Assembly (NCBI GenBank): GCA_907165135.1
Contig: OU015567.1
Location: 372,001-436,000 of the forward strand
DNA length: 64,000 bases
Direction: 5' to 3'
DNA from: Oikopleura dioica
Taxonomy: Eukaryota; Animalia; Chordata
In this document: piece after piece, positions 58,796 through 64,000 of the stretch
How the letters are laid out: every line of letters starts with the position of its first letter
How positions within the stretch are numbered: the stretch's first letter is position 1
Made by a program: the position numbers and the translations under genes
Notes under the pieces: model-generated
The model's database searches: none
The model's input: the letters and a program-made list of their open reading frames with translations, nothing else
Told to the model about the DNA's origin: nothing

Positions 58796-61700
58796 ATGGA
58801 AATAATCACTTGTGCTTCACAAATCCCGACAATCGAAAGAACCCGCAGAAGTTTGACTCAAGCCGAGTTTCAGCGTTACTCGCGACAACTGATTCTTCCA
58901 GAGCTCGGCCGACCCGGTCAAGAAAACTTGATCAACTCGTCCGTTCTCGTTGTCGGCTGTGGCGGACTAGGATGTCCAGTGATTCAGTATTTGGCAGCAG
59001 CAGGAGTTGGTACTTTTGGATTAGTCGATAATGACGTTGTTGATACTTCAAACATACAGGTAAGCTTTGTAAAAGGGTACTCTTTTGCTTTTTGTTCCTA
59101 AATAATCGCGGAAAATCGTCAAATTATCCCCTTTTTGAGCTAAATTTGCATGTTTTTCGGCAAGTCAGTTTTACATTCGTTGCGAAAAATGCTCTTATTT
59201 CATCAATTTTAGCCATATTTTGCCTTTCAAGAGCTCCAAAAGTGTATAAAATGAGTATTTAGCGTCAAATTCTACACATGGAATCAGACAACGGGAAGCT
59301 AAAAGTCCTCTCCGCCGCAGAAACGATCAAAAGCCTCAATTCTACCGCTACTGTTTTCCTTTTCAACTTGACAATCGACTCTTCCAACGCCCAGCAAATC
59401 GTCAATCAATTCGATTTAGTAGTTGATTGCACGGACAACGTCGCGACGAGATATTTACTCAACGACGCTTGTTTTCTTTCACAAAAATCGCGAATCCCGC
59501 TGGTTTCGGGCGCCGCGCTCCGCTGGGACGGGCAAGTAACGGTTTACAAAGAAGAGAGTTGTTGCTACAGATGTGTTCATCCGAATCCGCCAGCGCCAGA
59601 ATCAGTCACGAACTGTTCCGATGGAGGGGTCATCGGAGCAGTTTGTGGCGTCGTCGGAGCTATTCAAGGGAATTGGGTCAATAAGGAGATTTATTTTTAT
59701 TGAGGGTAGGAAAACCTGTAAATGTCTTTCAAGCAGTTGATTAAGCCAGACTTCTGTTTATGCAAATACTCATGTCTTCTTCTGAAAAACTGAAAATGGT
59801 TTTAAATTATATTAGTTGATAGAGGAATAATCCGACATTCGTTTGTCAATAATGAACAATTATTGTACTTACTAAGACTTAGTAATACTAAGTATTATAC
59901 AGTATAATATACAGTATATAAACTGTGATATTTATCGAAATATTATTAATTCTATAAATTGTTTGGGATGTTTAATGCGCACGCTGTCCCTATTTCCAGA
60001 GCGCGAATTCAGAAAGGCGCGTCACCCCGGGCGCCGTCCAGCCCCAAGCGTGGACTTCCAACCGCGGGCGTTCGCCACCCAGCGCCAGGAGTCCGCGAAC
60101 GTCCGGCTCGGGGTTTTCTTCAAACATGGCCACCCACCGCGCAGAAGTCCGGCGCCCGAGAGCGCGCTCGGACTTCCACCGCACATCCAATTTTTCGAGA
60201 CCCTGATTATACTTACTTCTACCAATGCGTAATTTTTCTGAAGTCTTTGGAGCAGATGACTTCTGATGTATCTTTCCATCACTTCGCTCTGAAAGCCGTT
60301 TCCCATTCTATCTTTTACGGCTACCAAGTCTTTTCCGTAGGTAAAAATGATCAAAATTGAGAGCGTTATTTTCAGTCTCATGAGAATTGAGTTTTTATTG
60401 TGGAGACAGGACAGTATTTGAACCCTTTTATACCGTTGTTTTTTATATATCGACCATCGATTGAACAATTGCATTTGCACGAATCGAATTGACATGAAAA
60501 TGTCACTTTCTGGTCCTGAATATGTGGCTTCTGCCTCAATCAGGTCGCTCATTTGACTGTTGTTTTGTGCCTACTTGGCCAGAATTTATTCAATTGGAAC
60601 GAATGAACTTTCGAATGTCTTTAGCACAGGAAAATGAGCTTCTCAAAATACATCTCGTCGCCTTAACGAGCTTGACGTCGTTTTCTCTCTGTTTTAAGAA
60701 CTGAAAACAATTCAAAACCGGGCTTTCAATAAATTTGAATACCTTGTGAAAAGTGTAATCCTTTTGCAAAGCTACTAACTTGGCTGTTTTCGCGATTCGA
60801 TGAAGCTCCTCATTCACGATCGGATTCGTAAAGTATTTCTGTGTTCATTCAAGTTTTGATTCTGAAAATTTTTTACCTTGTGATTGCCAAGCTGGTAGAC
60901 ATCCTTGAAATATTCCTTCATTCCTTCACCGATGTTCGTGTGCCCATTCGCGGGAAGGCCGTCGCCATTCGAAACTCGAAAATGGGCGAAAATCAAGAGA
61001 AACACTTTTGTTTTTCGCATTGCGCGTGCAACGATGGTGCAATGCGTTCCGTCTTCACTTTTAATCGCGTGTCAGCTTATTTATTCTACGAATAAACTTG
61101 ATGCATAATCTTCTGAGATCTTTACCCATGAAATATTACTGACATTCGAAAGGACACGAGAGGACAACAATGAACCACAATCGGGTGTAGGGCGTCCAGG
61201 CTCACAATTGTGAAAAAATACAGTTGCAATTAAACTTGTTGATTTCGATTGGCTTCCATTTTATTACAATTTAAACAGGATGAACAAACTGGTACATCTT
61301 TTGTTTACAGAAAGACGATTTGACCAAAAGACAGTTCGCTGCTTTTGCTAGCCGTAATTGCTTCTGTCTTTCTTCCAAAAACTAAAACCATCAGGAAGGC
61401 TTGCTTTTGGACTTGGTCTTACGTTGTGAAGAGTTGGATCTTTTTGTAGAGCAGAAAGTTTGCCAACCTTTGCCATTCGACCAAGAACATTATTTGTAGT
61501 CGGTTTCGTGAATTTTTTCTTGAGAGAAAAATATTACTCATTCAACCTGTTAGTTTCAATATGATAATTTCAAAAAAATTTTGCGGGTCTGGAAATCGGA
61601 AAAAATCTAAAAGTGCAGTTTTCTTCAGCTCGTTGAGACGAGTCGAATGGTGTGTCAAACTCTTGAAAACTCCAAGGATTGACCGGTAAACCGGCTAATT

Positions 61701-63122
61701 ACCGGAAAATACGTTTCCGGTCGCCGTTTTCGTTCTAGAAATGCTAAAATGACGATTGAACCTGTAAACTGATCCTTATGGTTAGTTTTACTGTGGGCAA
61801 AAAGATATCGGTCAAATATGAAACACAACCTTGATTAACGATTAAAATTCTAAATTTTGTATGTATTTTGTTGTTGCTGCGCCTTCCTAATTTTCGGTCC
61901 CATTTTCATGTGAAAATACAATTTTGGTGATAAGCATGTCATGGTAAGAGATATGATTTTCATTTTTTAGCCCACATAAGAACTTTACATAAGAACTTTA
62001 CACATAAGAATTTTTTGAAATTATCATATCTTTTCGCCACTAAACAATTACCCTCAACAACGCGATTTTTTGGAGGTCTGGCTGGTCGATGTTCGCTTTT
62101 AACATCGGGTTCGTGAAGTGTTTCTTTAACATATTGCGAGCCTTTTAATCAAGTTCTTTTTACCTTGAAATTTCCGCGTTGGTAAACATCCTTGAAGTAC
62201 TGTTTCATTTTGTCGCTCTGGAAGCGGAAATTCGATGGAAGATCATTACCATTCGCCGCTTCAAAAAGAAGCAAAATTGAAAAAAGTATTTTAGTTTTCT
62301 GCATTTGATCGCTCTATTCGGGACTCTATCCTTTTTATTGCTCGTTGTTTCAAGATTCTGTTCATGCATAACCTCTTATCAGAAGCTCTTAGAGCTGGTG
62401 AATAAAGAACAGTCGTTAGTTACAGTAGATTTCCCACCATGACCCCGAAAAAAGCGACAGAAGCGTTGAAAATCCTCGCAGGCATAGAAAACTCTTTGTG
62501 CGGAAACATGATAATCTACGACGGTCTCAGGGCATCTACGAGGACAATCAGACTCCGACCGAGAAGGCCAGAGTGCAAGCTTTGCGGAGAAAAGCGAGAA
62601 ATTATGGAATTAATCGACTATGTTCAGTTTTGCGGAATGGCGGCGAACGACAAGGATAAAGGCTTGAATTTAGTGCCTCCAAATGAAAGGTGAGTTTTCT
62701 AGGGCATCAATAGTAGCGATATTAAAAAAATAAACAATTTTTCAGAATAGAAGTCAAAGAAATAGAAGCGCTGAGAAAACGAGGTGGACTGATTGTCGAT
62801 GTAAGAACAGAAGTGCAATTTGAAATGTGCCGTCTTCCTTTTGAAACGTTCAATTTTCCGCTGAAAAAATTGAAAAGAAAACCGGAGCTTCTGGAAGAAA
62901 TAATTGAAGAGAGAAAAGCAGAAGAAGTCGTCTTCCTTTGTCGGAAAGGAAACGATTCGCAACTTGCCCAGGTGTTTTGGAAGGAACATACGAATGGTAA
63001 GAAAACTGAGAACAAGAACGATTCTAGCGCTTTTTCGTTTAGGAAAGATGAAAACAAGCGACGTCAAAGGAGGCCTGTACGCTTGGCAGGAAGAAATCGA
63101 CAGTTCCTTTCCTTTGTACTAG
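58796..63122 (+). CDS. MOCS3: Adenylyltransferase/sulfurtransferase MOCS3 (Uba4): ThiF plus rhodanese
   Basis: RYSRQLIL; [12 protein letters not shown]; [16 protein letters not shown]; CYRC...NCSDGGVIG; ATEALKI; CRKGNDSQ; [17 protein letters not shown]; 2786-nt intron at 59669-62454. Confidence 0.95.
59697..60381 (-). CDS. Nested secreted peptide precursor C (85 aa; exons 60381-60217, 59789-59697)
   Basis: [55 protein letters not shown]|[30 protein letters not shown]; GT-AG phase 0; TATAAAAG ~45 nt upstream. Confidence 0.7.
60590..61020 (-). CDS. Nested secreted peptide precursor B (116 aa; exons 61020-60877, 60838-60743, 60700-60590)
   Basis: [23 protein letters not shown]...[15 protein letters not shown]|KYFTNP...[17 protein letters not shown]|[36 protein letters not shown]; all GT-AG phase 0. 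Confidence 0.85.
61271..62304 (-). CDS. Nested secreted peptide precursor A (139 aa; exons 62304-62164, 62123-62052, 61518-61423, 61381-61271)
   Basis: [23 protein letters not shown]...[15 protein letters not shown]|KHFTNP...ALLR|KKFTKP...[17 protein letters not shown]|[36 protein letters not shown]; all GT-AG phase 0. Confidence 0.85.
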
Positions 63123-63289
63123 ACCGAAATTCTTCAAAATGTTAAAATACATACAATAACCAGATGTTTAAAAAGAAACAAGGCCTTGTTTATTTGCAGG
63201 AAAAAAACTAATTACAGTACAGGCAGATTCTTGTTGAATAATTACACATCATCTTAACAGTAAACTTTGCAGGGAATCGCTCATCCGCA

Positions 63290-63960
63290 CTAAAATGGCA
63301 TTCCAATGTTGTTAAGATGTCTGTTCAGCAGTTTGTTCCACTTTTTCATTCTGTTCACTTGGTGGTTGTTTTTTCGTTGCCCTTTGCAGCTGTCCAAGTA
63401 TCTAGAATCGAGGTTGTAAAGGGGTGAAAAGAAAGGGATGGTGGATTACCGTTGAGCCCATTTTGAAAGTCCCGTCGTAAGTTGTTTGGTTCCAACTCTC
63501 GGGTCAACATTATCCAGTCGTAGATTTTCCTCATCGTCGAATCGTTCTTCTGGACCACCGTGGGGAAGGCTTGGGTCGTAGAAACCACATCTGTCGAACG
63601 CTGATCTACAATCCGACTTTTACCCGATGGAATTAATGTTTCTTTTCTTACCGCATTCTTTGGATGTTCGTGGCGAATTTCATCTTCCAGTTATCCTGTG
63701 AAGGAACGTGATCAAACCACTTATCCAAAAGTTCGTATGAAAATGCCTCTAAAAAACCAGGTAGAGAAAGAAATGAGGCTTTGAGGCTTACCGAGTGTTC
63801 GAAGTCGCGCTTTTGGATGACGATTTGGCACCTTCCTTTGATCGAGGGAATCGTAGCTGCTCTCATCGTAGTTGTACGGCTGGATGCTTGTCAATTCAGT
63901 TGGCAAGGAAGCAGCGTCGAGGCAGACAGCAAGAAGGCCGATTTGCGAAGCGATTTTCAT
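63290..63960 (-). CDS. Secreted hypothetical protein (four exons)
   Basis: MKIASQIGLLAVCLDAAS...; spliced FDRCGFYDP...GTKQLTTGLSKWAQRYLDSCKGQ...RMKKWNKLL...*; introns in phase. Confidence 0.75.
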
Positions 63961-64000
63961 ATTTATCGTCTTTTGGACTTTTTCGTTTTTTGTGGATTTG

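Overview
Eukaryotic, gene-dense window with very short introns (many about 40-55 nt) and several non-canonical GA-AG/GC-AG/GG-AG introns. Together with chordate-type genes, this points by inference to the appendicularian tunicate Oikopleura (dioica complex). Recognisable genes: ZP-domain protein, Ly6/uPAR-like multi-module protein, truncated CILP-like, SLC43, SLCO, SLC17, class-3 lipase, short troponin T-like, possible RPC7-like, CLCN7, Tubby, PKG, RGS-like, astacin, kelch-like propeller, CD164/porimin-like, PISD, LIN52 and MOCS3. Mobile DNA is abundant: the 3' end of a tyrosine-recombinase (Ngaro-like) retrotransposon at the window start, and at least six non-autonomous TIR element families. 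The best candidate for an undescribed system is three paralogous, signal-peptide-bearing, cationic peptide-precursor genes nested antisense inside one 2.8-kb GG-AG intron of MOCS3; most of their coding sequence is invisible in the ORF track, and their exon lengths and phases are conserved. Other highlights: an apparently identical 296-bp inverted copy of a ZP exon fused to the retroelement end, a MITE with a 10-bp TSD inside the astacin signal-peptide exon, a 10-copy MITE family carrying paired AP-1 sites, and a circularly permuted duplication of two gene ends. All gene models and homology calls were made by eye from remembered family motifs, without database searches; multi-exon CDS coordinates span introns and some boundaries are approximate.
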